Under the pieces are notes generated by a model that had not been told where the DNA came from, ran no database searches, and was given only the letters and a program-made list of their open reading frames with translations. From Laetmonice hystrix (Eukaryota), in NCBI GenBank assembly GCA_965235115.1, contig OZ249436.1:39558001-39622000 (forward strand): a DNA stretch of 64,000 nt, in the 5' to 3' direction. Positions 15,201 through 27,996 of the stretch are shown one piece after another. Position 1 is the first letter of the stretch. The number at the start of each line of letters is the position of its first letter. A program made the position numbers and the translations under genes.

Positions 15201-17341
15201 GTAGAAAGGAGTAATAGATCAGTGTCTTACATGTTGATGGGAGTGTCCATTTTATACCTTCAGGACTTTCCATCATACAGCCTATAACTGATCAGTTACC
15301 AGCTAAGTATTTCTATATGGGAATCCTATGGGTCAGTCTTTTTACGGAATTTTATTCATTTTTCTGGGATAAGGACGCTCCATTTAGATCCAATAAATAC
15401 AGACGTTCTTTAGCCTACCCCGGTAACTTAATTGAAGCTATGTACCACATAATACCCGGTAAAAGTAAATGGTTCTATTATTTAGTGCAGGAGTTGATAC
15501 GATCACTGCAGGTCACTGCAGGAAAATTTTGAATTGTCTGATCAGTTCAAGATGGATCCTCAAAAACATACTCCGTCATCTCGAATACTGAGACACTGGA
15601 AGGTTCCAACTGGATGACACAGGCCTGTCAGGACGATCTATCCTACATTTCTAAATACAGTGATATTTTACAAAACGTTGCTGCCTACCGAGATTGGGTG
15701 TGCCCACAAGACAGGGCGTACCGGGGGCGGTGCAGGTTCTTCTGGAAAATGTGCCCTTTTTGACAAGCAGAGCGCCCTTTTTAATTGATAGAAATATATT
15801 CTTAATGTCAAGTGCCTCCAAGAATCTCAGAGTGCCCCTCGCAATATTTGGCTGCGCAAGGTGCCGAAACAGACTGCAATGTGTTGCCTGAGAAATCAGA
15901 GAAGGAACAATTTGATAAATCAGGCAACAGGCAAACTGACACATTGGACGAATACAGAGTGAGCCTGATCAAGAGTACCAGAGACTGACAGAGACAGGCG
16001 CAGGCCGGCAGGAGTTATACCACAGCTCCTGGGGTGGACATAAAATTTCCTTCTTCATGGGAATGAACCCCCCCACCCCCACCCCCACCCCATATTCTAG
16101 CATCCATGTCACATGGTATACCGGGTTATTTACTTTAGAGGTCGGTGCCCCAGCATGATGTGGCCTGATGCATCAGCCGACATCTGCCTGCACCTGAGCG
16201 CCCCCTGGGGTTTACATCATCACTTTAGTTACTTCATGACAATATTACATGACTGGAAATTACTTTTTTTCAGAAATATGTCTCGTGTTAGTCTATCGCA
16301 ATAATCCTGGTAACAAAAAAATTTAGGTTCTCTGAAATGTTTCTATTATGTATGAGAAATAGATCTAAACGATGACCAAAAAAATATAGGGGGCCTACCT
16401 GGAGTGTACATTTTGCGCCATAAAGCTGCCAAGACTTGATTCCTAGGATATGTTTACGTCGCGTTTCTTGAGTGCACATGCACATTCTCTGCTTCAATAT
16501 CAAAATACGACTGATAATGGTAAGAGGGTCATTTGCCCCTATTCAGCAAGTTCAAGGCATACTCATTAAATGTGACTTCTTATCATAATTATAATGGGAA
16601 GGGCAGTGAACATTTTATCTTTATATCTTTATCCAAAGGCAAAAACATTCCAGCTAGTCTGTATATCTATAGAACGCCCTGTATTCTTAAGTGGCACGGG
16701 TTCTTTACCATAAAACGGTGTATAGCCCTGTTGTCAGGCACACTCTAAAGGTACAATGCAATGATCGTTGGGGTTATGACCAATGATTTGAAGGCAGCGG
16801 TTTCTGGTAATTTTTCTACTTTCTCACGTGCTTGAGGAGTTGACAAAGCTGGGTCTTGTTCTACGAGAAAATGGTCGCAACAGAAACGTTTACTAAACAC
16901 TGCCTGCTGAAACATGTTCCAACATCTGCTGGTATAAACCAGCTGGCTGGGCAGATGTCACAGGTCAAAGGTCAGGATGTGCTCGTGTTGCTGACCTGTT
17001 GGTTGGTGACCTCTGTCCCCACTTTGTATACACTGTGCGAGATCAAGACTTCGCGTACTTTTTTTCTGTTGAGGAAATATTCTAAAGGAAATAATGATCC
17101 AAAAAATATAATTGGCGGCAGTCCTTAAATGATGAATTAGTTTCCACTCAATAGTAAATACTTTTTGTACTTGCTCCCACTATTGTAAAGTTCTGTACTT
17201 CATGATACCTAGTAATACTCATCGATAGTAATATTGAGTCTTTATTATATTACAGGTTATCATAAATTTCTGTCCGTGTGAAGATTCAGGTCGATATTTC
17301 CTATGAATTTTAAATTTCTCATGAATCTTAAAGCAAACACC

Positions 17342-17595
17342 GACTATCTCAAATGACTCCAAAATTTCTATGAACTACTGAATTTCATTGGCTGTTCAAG
17401 TCAATGCCGGGTCAACGGTTTTGTCAACAACCAGCCATAAGCCGATCGCTCCATAGGGAAAACAAGCAACTAGAATGTTGAATTTTATTACATTTCTCCA
17501 TTTATGTGGGTATTCTATCGATTTATGTATTCTTCGGCCTTAAGAGTCCATATCTGCATTTTGGAGTCATTGAAATGAGACTGAGAGATAGTCTA
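17342..17595. mobile_element. MITE-like element with imperfect TIRs
   Basis: GACTATCTCAAATGACTCCAAAAT ... ATTTTGGAGTCATTGAAATGAGACTGAGAGATAGTC. Confidence 0.5.
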
Positions 17596-20500
17596 CATTT
17601 TTCACCACGGTAAGAAATCTATATACCGCACCCACCACACACCAGTACAGGTTGTAATTTAAAATACATATCTCCAGTCCCACAGCGTTCTAAATTTCTA
17701 ATTCTGCTCAAGCCAGGTCACCTGGAAAAAGTCCATAAAAATACAACATTTTGGTCCAAGGGTCAGTCTAAGGTTTCCCATTAAGTACTGGTGCAAAGGT
17801 AACGGGCATGATTTCAAGTTAGTCATAGTACGACTAGGGCAGCCCCCTGGTCATTGTAAGCACCGGACTTCCGACCATGCAAATTTACCGTATTTCATGG
17901 CACTTCTAACAAATTACTCGCTTGAGGGTGTTACTCAGAAATTGTCTTTCCGTCAAAGGTTGATCAAAAGCTGACCTCACGTCGATGAGCTGGTTTTGGT
18001 CTTCCAGTAGAGAATTGCTCTGCTTTTTAAGTGTTATTTGGCGGGGCCAATTGTCCCCCATATGCTTTTATAACTTGTTTCTATCCAATCTTGGCTTCTG
18101 ATTGATAAATCATTGAACACATCAAAGAACACACAACCTTATCATATGCTAACAGGGCTCCTGATACCATAAGTCTGCCTTTAATTGGAACGGCTGGGCC
18201 AGGGTCACAGAAACAGCGGCACAGAGGTGGCCTCTATTGAAACACGTCTCTGTGTCAACTTGTCCATACAAGGTGAGGAGGTTGATAAATGACTTTGATG
18301 GCAACGTTCAGGGGTCACCTGAGGTGGCAGTGTCTGACACCCAGGCGAGGTGGGCTACCATCACTTGCCAGCTATCGGAAGTTGAGTTGTGGGCTCTGAC
18401 AAAATCTTGGAGGTTACTGGCGTGGGTCAGCGCGAATACTCCACTCAAGTCTAAACCCTTCCCTCCAAGTACAAGCATATTATCCATCCAGCAATATACA
18501 CTCATCGTGTCTGTCTCTACTGACAGAACTACATATATCTCCGCCATTTATATAGGTCAACCGTATCATTTACAATCTGGGGTCATTCCTTTGCAGTTAT
18601 CAAAGCTCGCCCCGCTCAAAATAATTACTTCAAATCACACCAAGCCAAATTAGAGCCAAGAAAACGCTGTATAAAAAAGGACAAGTTGACTCTGTGAAAT
18701 CCTAGCTGATTGGCCATGCCCCGGAGCCTCATTTGATTCCTGTCATGTCATTTGGGTGCAGCTGACCTCAGTAACCGTGGAGCAGGTGCTGCCCTCTACT
18801 GCGAATTACACGAATCAGGAGCTGGTATTTCAGGTAAATATAATAATGGTGATATCGCGGATGCTGAACATAACATGCGTTGTCAACTCTCCTTGCCTTT
18901 GGACAAAATGAGCTTGCAACAAGCCCAGATATTCTTTCAACCCTTTTATGTAAACTACGAAGGAATGAATTTGCCAACTAAATTTGCCAGTGATTTCCAG
19001 AAACCTGACACATTTACCAGTTACCTTTTTCAAATAGTCCTAAGTTTGCTATCAAAATTGTTGATTCATATATTAAATTTTGCACTGGTACATTTCTTTT
19101 TTAAAACGTAGGGCATAACGTCCCATTCCAAGGAATGTGGATATGAAACTCGCGATCACCGCTCCCATGACTCCAGGGTGGAAATGTTTTTTTTATGGCA
19201 AGGCCCACACAGCCACACCCTAGCTTCACCTTTGCCATGATCTCGATCACTGTTGTGTGCGGCGCAATATGCAGTGGCTGAGGTTCACATATATATCTCA
19301 GCTGATCTAATCCTAGCAGTGTCCCTGTTATAGGCTCAGTTTCCTGCTTAGTTTGGATCCCCAGTGGGTGCTTGTAATGGGCCAGCTATCTGATCCTTCT
19401 CACCTGCAGCCCGCGCACGGCGCTCATGTTTTTGTTGCCGGGTTCGTTCCCCCCGCTACCACCCGCCCTGCCCCCTGGTGACAGAACCAGGAACTTCGGG
19501 TTCATTCACGACCCGAGAATCTGAACGGCTCTGCCGACTTTCTAACCTACATAACCCGCTAAAACCAGCCTGGATTTCGTTGCTTCATGATGCACACTAT
19601 GCTCAGCCTCACCTTGCTTTATATATTATAAAAAGGTCTTTATTACATAGCACTTGCTGCAACTGTGTATAGTATACTACATGTACCAGAGTAAAGTCTC
19701 AAATATTTCTTCATCATAAATTAATTATCTTGACGCATTACCTTTTGTCAACTTTCTGAGATGGGGTAAAGGACCGTTCTTCCTTTGAAGCGGATTTACA
19801 AAGTCTCTAAACATGCACTATACATGCCCTGAGAGCCACCGTGGAAATACTGTACCCACACATGCAGCACGAATCTACCACAAATAAAACAAGTTGATCA
19901 GATACAATCAAAGTAATTCATTCTTTGAATCAGTCGAGATAATTCGACTAGGCCTAATCCCAGTTTCAGTTGATATGTTAAAGCAATACCCTCTAAAGTA
20001 TAATTTTCCACACAAGGGGATGTACATTTGTACATAACCCAGAATCAGGGCTATAGGCCTAAGTAACGAGATGGTCAAACAGTGACCTCTACATTCATTA
20101 TTCATATGGCAAGATCCTTACCTTCACATTTATAGAACTTAACACGTGTTTTCTATATATCCAACACGAAAATATATTACATAATCTGTATACTTTACAA
20201 TTTACATACACGACAACATCACCTTCACGCGACTCTTTCTTGATCCAACTTCTCTGAGATATTTAGAGACTTATTTTGCCCCCAAGACTGATCCCAAATA
20301 AATCTTTGTAATTGTGACCTCCAGTTTCCATACCTTTATCAGTTAGTCATCAACAACATTTAGCAGCCTGGTGTTAAGACACACAGCTGCAGGGCATGTG
20401 ACACCACACACAATGGTGGTGGTGGATTTATCGTCGTGTCGTGGCTGGCTGACCACGGTCCCTCTGTGGCTGAGCTCTGGCCATGGGTTCAGAGCCAAGT

Positions 20501-21892
20501 CCTGCCTGGATCCCTGCTTCACATCCCGTCCCTGTCGTTACACGTTACACGGCACAACCGGTGCCCTGAGTACAATCACACATCTACTCCCTGACACTGA
20601 CCCCTGACCCTCATCATGATCAATGACATCAACAGAAGATCGTCTGCCTGCTTTATGGATATTACAGATCAATACGACATGGACGATCTGCTTTATGTGG
20701 CATCGTTCCAAACATCAGTAAGGCCTGCCACAGAATTAAAATAGATCTTTCACCTCGCTGACTTTACAATAACAAAATATCTGCACATGATTGCCTGTTT
20801 GGTGTGTTTTTCATGAAGATCTAATGACATGAGACATACATCACAAGTAAATCGTCCCTTACCACTGTTACCAGTGTCAAGGAGCATACAACTAGTAGCT
20901 ATACATGGTTGTATGTCTAAACTTAATAAGCTGTCATCTGTGTCGGATTCCTTGTGCTTTGGATATCTTTACTTATGTGTATTTAATGACTCCTCTGTAA
21001 AATTCTGCCACTGAAATACAACGTGAATAAGAGAGGCATAGCAACTATATGGACCATAAACCAACCAAAGAAACCCCCATTAATTGCAGCTAGAATACTA
21101 CATTGATACTCTAGTGGCCCTAAAATTTAAACCTTTTTTCATAGATTGTGACCATTACTGAAACAATTATACGGCAACCTATAATAGACAGCATGGCTGA
21201 GACTGAGATACACGTGTACATATTTCTTTTTAAAGTATTACTGGCTATAGATCCTTCTATTTCTGTATATTATTCCTGTCATTCATTTCAGTCATCAAAC
21301 ATGTAGGGTTATGTTCTTTTACATATTGTTCTACACACAGACTGAAAGAAACCTTATCCTAATTACTCTTTCATTGCTAGCTTTTACAGCCTTTTCTAAC
21401 ATTTCCCTTCAAAATGGACATCTTGACCCATTTATTACTTAAAATTAAATTGTGGTAAAATTCGGACATGAATTTTTCTTTGACATAAACAACTTTTAAC
21501 GCCATGAATATTAATGGGATGAAAATAGGTTCTTTGGGCTTTTGCTGAGGCTAAAATATTATGTCTTCAAGGGGTTTTCAGAAAAAAGGGTAAAAACATC
21601 TGTTAGTTAAAGATTCTTAAAGACAATAAATCCAGTCTATAGGCCTAGGTAGGCTACCTCACGTGGGAAGCATAAAAAAGTGAAGGGAAGGGAATTGCTT
21701 TGACAGTTGCTTCAATTTCGTAAAGTTTAGGTTTTACGGTACGTAAGTGGCGGGGGCATTTAATTTTAAGTGGACACATTTAATCCTCCCCCCCCCCCCC
21801 CCCGACACACACCCTGGGGCCTGGCCCTCCTGTTCCAACATCACTGCACTCCTTTGAACAGTAACTTGTTTTAAAAGTTCTTTCCAACCCAC

Positions 21893-22274
21893 CTTGCGAT
21901 GCACCCAGGAACATGACAGTGAGCAGATGAGGATAGGTCGTCTCCAGAGCCACACATAGAGCCTCGAAGGCGCACGGTCCCTTGGCCGCGAGGAGGTCGA
22001 GCAGTTTTCCCACCTTGGCCGCCGGGCCCCCGCTCTCAGCGGCCGCCAACTCCGACACGTCCCCGGCTGTCAACAACTCGGGCTTCGACTGCTGCTGCAA
22101 AGTCGCCAAAAGTCGGTCTGCATCCACCGACTGCACGAATTGTGCTCTGTGCTTCTCCACCAAAGCCTTGTGTTTGGAATCCATTTTTGACAGCCTGACA
22201 ACATGGCTTGATCGCACAGAAACAACAGTTGGAGGTGTACGGGCATGGGTCTCAGTCTCGCAAGTGTCAGCCAT
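21893..22274 (-). CDS. DLG5: First coding exon of a discs large homolog 5 (DLG5)-like gene; encodes a CARD (death-fold) domain
   Basis: MDSKHKALVEKHRAQFVQSVDADRLLATL...KVGKLLDLLAAKGPCAFEALCVALETTYPHLLTVMFLG has the CARD pattern (LLD.L..KG..AF..L..AL). The tail LETTYPHLLTVMFLG resembles my recollection of the vertebrate DLG5 N-terminus (LEKTQPHLLPILYLNG). Phase-1 donor CAAG|GTGGGT at 21893/21892. Start is the ATG at 22274 or the ATG at 22184. Confidence 0.8.
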
Positions 22275-22493
22275 GTTTCCAATTCATTTCAGATGTGTTG
22301 TCATGAAACTGACACTGCAACAGCATTGCCTCTCCAGTAGTGTCCTCTGTGAATCGATCGCGAGCTAGCAGCGTATGGCAAGAGGCCACGTTACAAGCTT
22401 TCTAATCACTGACTCTTTTAAGCTCTGAGTGAAAACGACTTGAAGAAAAACACTTTTCTATCTGCTCGTATCGTCCACTAACACTGTAATCGT

Positions 22494-22580
22494 CGCCATT
22501 TTGGTTGGAAATGAAAACAGCTGTGTGGGCGACATGTCAATCAATATACTCGCTCTCCATATACGGTTAATGGGCGGGGC
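22494..22580 (-). promoter_or_regulatory. Putative DLG5 promoter: YY1-type motif and GC box
   Basis: CGCCATTTT at 22494-22502 (AAAATGGCG on the minus strand) and GGGCGGGGC at 22572-22580, 220-300 bp upstream of the ATG at 22274. Confidence 0.45.
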
Positions 22581-23616
22581 TACATACCAAACGTGGGATG
22601 GAGAAAAGGCGCACCTGCCAGCCCACGGTGAGGGCGGCGTTCATAGAGGCTGGGAGTCAAAGTACCACCCACAGTCAAAGTACCACCCAACCCATGAGTC
22701 AAAGTACCACCCTGTATGACTATGTGAGGGTGTTATAGCTTTATGCGAGGGTGGTAAAGTTGTTATAGGCCTACTGTAGGAATTTAGATAGATCTATTAC
22801 ATATTTAGACTTCGGCTAGTAAGATTGGTAAAATTAGGTAGGCTAGGCCCCTATAAAGAACAAAAGATACATAAATCTAGGCCTAGGAATTAAAACTAGG
22901 AATTAAAACTAGGCCTAGGAATTAAAACTAAAACACCTTGGGCTAGATAGCCCCCCCCCCCCCTATCTAATTATCAAAAAGCCTTAGGCCTATAACCAAT
23001 GTTTCATGCTTTTTCTCTGTAATTATTTACTCGTGATAAAAAAAAATGCATTTAAGCCTGAATGCATGGGCTATTTCTCTAAGGCTGAACATTTGGTTAT
23101 CCTGAATTTTTTTTCCCGATTTCCCTCAAAATTCAGATTTACTGGTAACTTACTCTGACTGTGAGTCGTTTATAGATCTGTGGGGGTGGGGGCCACGGGA
23201 GGAAGGGGGGGGCGGGGGGGGGGGTCCAACACGGTTAATTCAGGTTAAGCTCTGTTATAGATCAGGAAAAAAGAGGGGAAAAAGAGACGCCAAAGGGGGG
23301 GGGGTCCTGACCACCCCACCCCCACCCCGATGCGCCACTGCCTAGGCCTATACGGTAGACTTGATCGACCCAAACCCATGCGTTACCCTTAATTCCATAA
23401 ATACTATTCCCCTATGGTAATATTCTCCACGATCTTCTAGAGACAGTTACAGTGGATCGTGTTTACTGTGTTAGTGTTAGGACCAATTTATTATAAGGGC
23501 CCCGGGGGGGGGGGGGGGTTACGGGAAGAACCGGGTTGTTACCCCCTCCCCCCCCCCCAAAAAAAACCCCAAAAAACAAAAAAAGATCCGCCTCTGGGAT
23601 AGCAAGTTTATTTTAA

Positions 23617-24202
23617 TGTCCGGGCACAGAGAATAAGGGCCGGTAGGCCTACCATTAGGTTTGGGACCAGGAATGGTGATAGATTGTCCGGGCACCGAGA
23701 ATAAGGGCCGGTAGGCCTACCATTAGGTTTGGGACCAGGAATGGTGATAGATTGTCCGGGCACCGAGAATCAGGGCCGGTAGAGGCCTACCATTAGGTTT
23801 GGGACCAGGAATGGTGATAGATTGTCCGGGCACCCATTAGGTTTGGGACCAGGAATGGTGATAGATTGTCCGGGCACCCATTAGGTTTGGGACCAGGAAT
23901 GGTGATAGATTGTCCGGGCACCGAGAATAAGGGCCGGTAGGCCTACCATTAGGTTTGGGACCAGGAATGGTGATAGAGTGTCCGGGCACCCATTAGGTTT
24001 GGGACCAGGAATGGTGATAGATTGTCCGGGCACAGAGAATAAGGGCCGGTAGGCCTACCATTAGGTTTGGGACCAGGAATGGTGATAGATTGTCCGGGCA
24101 CCCATTAGGTTTGGGACCAGGAATGGTGATAGATTGTCCGGGCACAGAGAATAAGGGCCGGTAGGCCTACCATTAGGTTTGGGACCAGGAATGGTGATAG
24201 AT
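23617..24202. repeat. Minisatellite of 10 units in two lengths (68 bp and 44 bp)
   Basis: Unit TGTCCGGGCAC[(A/C)GAGAATAAGGGCCGGTAGGCCTA]CCATTAGGTTTGGGACCAGGAATGGTGATAGAT; order L-L-L-S-S-L-S-L-S-L. Confidence 0.95.
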
Positions 24203-24818
24203 TTTTACTTATTTTAGTTCATATCGCCAACTTTCATGGAAATGTTACCAAGGAAACCAAAGGTTACCCAAACAATTTTAGTACTAGAGCTAGTTCTATG
24301 ATGTATTACACTTTTGTTCAATGTTATATAAATTCGGACATAATTATTTGGGGATTGACACATTTAAACAAGGTCGACTCGTTCGAACGTCAAAAGAAAA
24401 CTTCCGAAGGGCGAATCACATGCACTTTAACCATATTCACCAAATGGAGCAAACATTTTACCACTAAAACAACATTCAAACGTGTCTTAAAATTTAGCTG
24501 TTGTTGAGAGCGAATTTGCATTTCCTTACAGCTCTTGTTTTGTTTTCCTTTCATATAATTATAGACCCTAACAAATTTAATATACTGTCTACTTAAAAGT
24601 TGTATTCTCCCAATGTATTATTGCCGAGGTGTAGATGATATGTGTAGATTATATTATGTGTAAATGAATACTCACATATAGGTTATCCAACTCTACCAAG
24701 TTCCCAGAAATGTTTGTTATAATGTTCATAATTTGTTAACGTTTGTGCACTTCACATAGCTAACATTTACACGGGGTCTTTGCCCACCATGGTCACTGAC
24801 TACAAAATGTTCACTTTA

Positions 24819-24869
24819 ATAAATAAATAAATAAATAAATAAATAACGAAAGAAAGACAGAAAGAGAAA

Positions 24870-24911
<42 letters not shown>

Positions 24912-24915
24912 AAAA
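24819..24915. repeat. Compound microsatellite (AAAT)n-(GAAA)n
   Basis: Read directly from the sequence. Confidence 0.9.
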
Positions 24916-25604
24916 GGTGGATCTACCCAATAGGCCTACCACCCACTTCTAACCCATGTTCAACCCTGCAGCAGTACGGCCCATCCTAGCTGGCCCATGC
25001 AGATTAGGCCAGAGTTACAAAGCACACTTTTTTCAGCAGATTTTTATATGAAGATGACCCCTTTTAAAACTGTATTCTGTATTCCCCTAACAAACACATC
25101 GTTATTGATCCGCTCACTAATGTAAAATCGCAATTTTCTACCATTTATTTCGGGGACATGGGTCCTCTGAAACTGAAAGCGACGGTTGCGGTACCCGCTG
25201 TCAAAGGGACCCGTACGCAGTGGCATCTAGCGGGTATACTCATAATCAATGGCGTTGGGTTCATCAACTGACGCGAGATGGCACTGTTTCGCGGGCCTGT
25301 CGGAACTACTTTCTATTGTCTTCACACTACACGGTACTGGCAAACACAAAAAATAGACTAGGCCCCTAGGCCTACAACAGCAATAGATAGCCTACAAAGC
25401 CAAACTGTGACATTTTAACCTGGACACAGTATCATGAGTAGGCCTATAGGCCTACACCGTGAGAGATGAAAAGACAAACTCGGGAGAGACAAACTTAGTA
25501 GGCCTACATGTAGAGGAGTCTATAAATATAGGCCTAACATATTGTTACCTATAGGTCTATCACAACATAATGATACATTAACTGTAGGCCTAGGCTAACA
25601 GCAC

Positions 25605-25856
25605 TTGGCGGATTCAGGGGGGGGGGGTCCGGCCAGACCCCCACCCCCATTTTTTTAACTCTTGCCTGTTTTCTATGTTTCATGCATAAAAATAATGGAA
25701 TTGCGTTGAAATATTAGAAGAAATTTCTACTCTCGGCCTAGGCCTATAGGCCTAGGCTATGTTCTAAAAACACGACCACCCCCCCCCCCCAAAAAAAAAG
25801 GGCCACCGATTAGCCACCAAAAGGTGGGCCCCCCCCTTTCCTGAAATCCGCCACCG
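25605..25856. mobile_element. Poly-G/C MITE with GGCGGAT...ATCCGCC ends
   Basis: TGGCGGATTCAGGGGG ... CTGAAATCCGCCA; related fragments at about 23300-23600 and 30830-31040. Confidence 0.6.
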
Positions 25857-26030
25857 GGTAATTAATATAGATAACTCTAGGCCTACATATAGACTAGAGG
25901 TCTACGTACATTCACACAGAAAAAGACAATAAATTATAGGGCCTTTGTCTGGTAGGCCTATACGTTAGCCCGGCAGCCAAAGGGCTGAACCTGAAAATGT
26001 GGTATAACTTTTATTTTTTGATGGATTTAA

Positions 26031-26558
26031 AGGGGCATGCTATGGAACACGTTTTGGAGGATTTCCGGCAATTGTCCAACATGACCGTGTACTAGGGATC
26101 CAAGTAAATAATCCTACCACAGCATTTTGTCCTCTGACGTGTTTTCGCTGCGTATGCAGCACAAGTAGGTTCTATACGACCAAACCTATAGATTTCTCCC
26201 GATAGCACATCTCCCGCCATAATTTGGTAGACAGCCTCTCATCAACCCGTGTCATCGCGTACTGCGTCACATCCTGCGTGTGCACTCTCTGCCTGTGCTT
26301 ACTCACATGCTTCGCTTAGTTGTAAACGATTCAGCAGTTGCACTCGATCATCCGGCATCAGAATGCCACCCAAAAAATATTTTACGAAATCGGCAGAGAA
26401 GCGGGCAAGGGAGCGTCATAAACTTCGATTTCTCACGCAAAATGAAACTGATAAGTCTGTCTTTGTTTACCAAGCAATTTTAATGAAGGATCTCTTTATG
26501 AAAACAGCAAAAGTTCTATGAAATACCGATTTTTCACGTTTCCTCATAATATGCCCCT
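26031..26558 (+). mobile_element. 528-bp Kolobok/T2-type MITE, copy 1
   Basis: TTAA|AGGGGCAT ... ATGCCCCT|TTAA; TTAA TSD with AGG termini; highly similar inverted copy at 27354-27881. Confidence 0.88.
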
Positions 26559-27353
26559 TTAAGGTGCCAAGGTCGTCCTGAGTGAGAATCCGCCTGATGC
26601 CAGCTTGGCACCCATGAGCATTTTTTCTAATTTGCATAAATCCAATATGGCCGCCATCTTACCCATGGCGATTCACTTTTGGAGGTTCTGGGACAAAGGA
26701 ATCTGTTACAAGAAAAAATGAGTGATTGGCCGCTCCCTCATTTGCATAAATTAAATATGGCTGCCATCTTAACACGAATTTGAGCTATTCTGGCTATATC
26801 TCAACGTCAAAATGGAATTTTACTCTTTATAAAGTACTGTTCAGGGGATAAATGACGTACTCAATCTTTTTGCAGTGATACATATTCTAATTGGTCCACC
26901 CCTCATTTGCATAAATCCAATATGGCTGCCATTTTACCCATTGCGATCACATTTGGCATGATCTCCAACTGTAAATTGACTTTTTTCATTATGTAAATTA
27001 TTTTTAGGAGGTTCTGGGACAGAGGAATCGGTTACTAGAAGAAAAAGAGTGATTGGCTCGCTCCCTTCTTTGCATAAATTAAATATAGCCGCCATGTTAG
27101 CCAGAACTCGAGCTATTCTGGCTATATCTTCACGTCAAAATGAGTTTTACTCATTATAAAAAGCTCATTTGCAATTATGTAGCCCATTTCTTGTGGCAAG
27201 AAAGTGACGGCCAGCTGGTGGGAAATTGTGAAACCCAAAACTGTCTGCTGGAAGTTTGTGGAGTCGTCTTCTGCTGGACAACATCTCGGTCAGGTGAGTT
27301 TATCGTTATAGGCCTATGCATGAGACATATTCACTAACATTTTCCCGATTTAA

Positions 27354-27881
27354 AGGGGCATATTATGAGGAAACGTTAAAAATCGGTATTTCATAGACAT
27401 TTTGCTGTTTTCATAAAGAGATCCTTCATTAAAATTGCTTGGTAAACAAAGACAGACTTATCAGTTTCATTTTGCGTGAGAAATCGAAGTTTATTAAGCT
27501 CCCTTGCCCGCTTCTCTGCCGATTTCGTAAAGTATTTTTTGGGTGGCATTCTGATGTCGGATGATCGAGTGCAACTGCTGAATTGTTTACAACTAAGTGA
27601 AGCACGTGACTAAGCACATGCAGAGAGTGCACACACAGGATGTGACACAGTATGCAATTACACGGGTTGAAGAGAGGTTGTCCACCAAATTATGGCGGGA
27701 GATGTGCTATCGGGAGAAATCTATAGGTTTGGTCGTATAGAACCTACTTGTGCTCCATACGCAGCGAAAACACGTCGGAGGACAAAATGCTGTGGTAGGA
27801 TTATTTACTTGGATCCCTAGTACACGGTCATGTTGGATAATTGCCGGAAATCCTCAAAAACGTGTTTCATAGTATGCACCT
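27354..27881 (-). mobile_element. 528-bp Kolobok/T2-type MITE, copy 2 (inverted)
   Basis: TTAA|AGGGGCAT ... ATGCACCT|TTAA; reverse complement of copy 1 with scattered substitutions; same length. Confidence 0.88.
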
Positions 27882-27996
27882 TTAATGTGTAGGCTATCTA
27901 AGTGAAAATAATTATCCAACTAATTGTTAATCTAGGTTATGTGATGAACGTAAGCAATTCAATGATATAGTGAGCGATAATAAGGGTGAGCGATAA

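Noticed and set aside
23617..24202. CRISPR-like repeat/spacer pattern
   Set aside because: The optional 24-bp block is essentially the same each time; this is a VNTR.
26249..27632. Paired similar ORFs (MHSL...) on opposite strands
   Set aside because: They arise from the two inverted MITE copies and lack transposase motifs.
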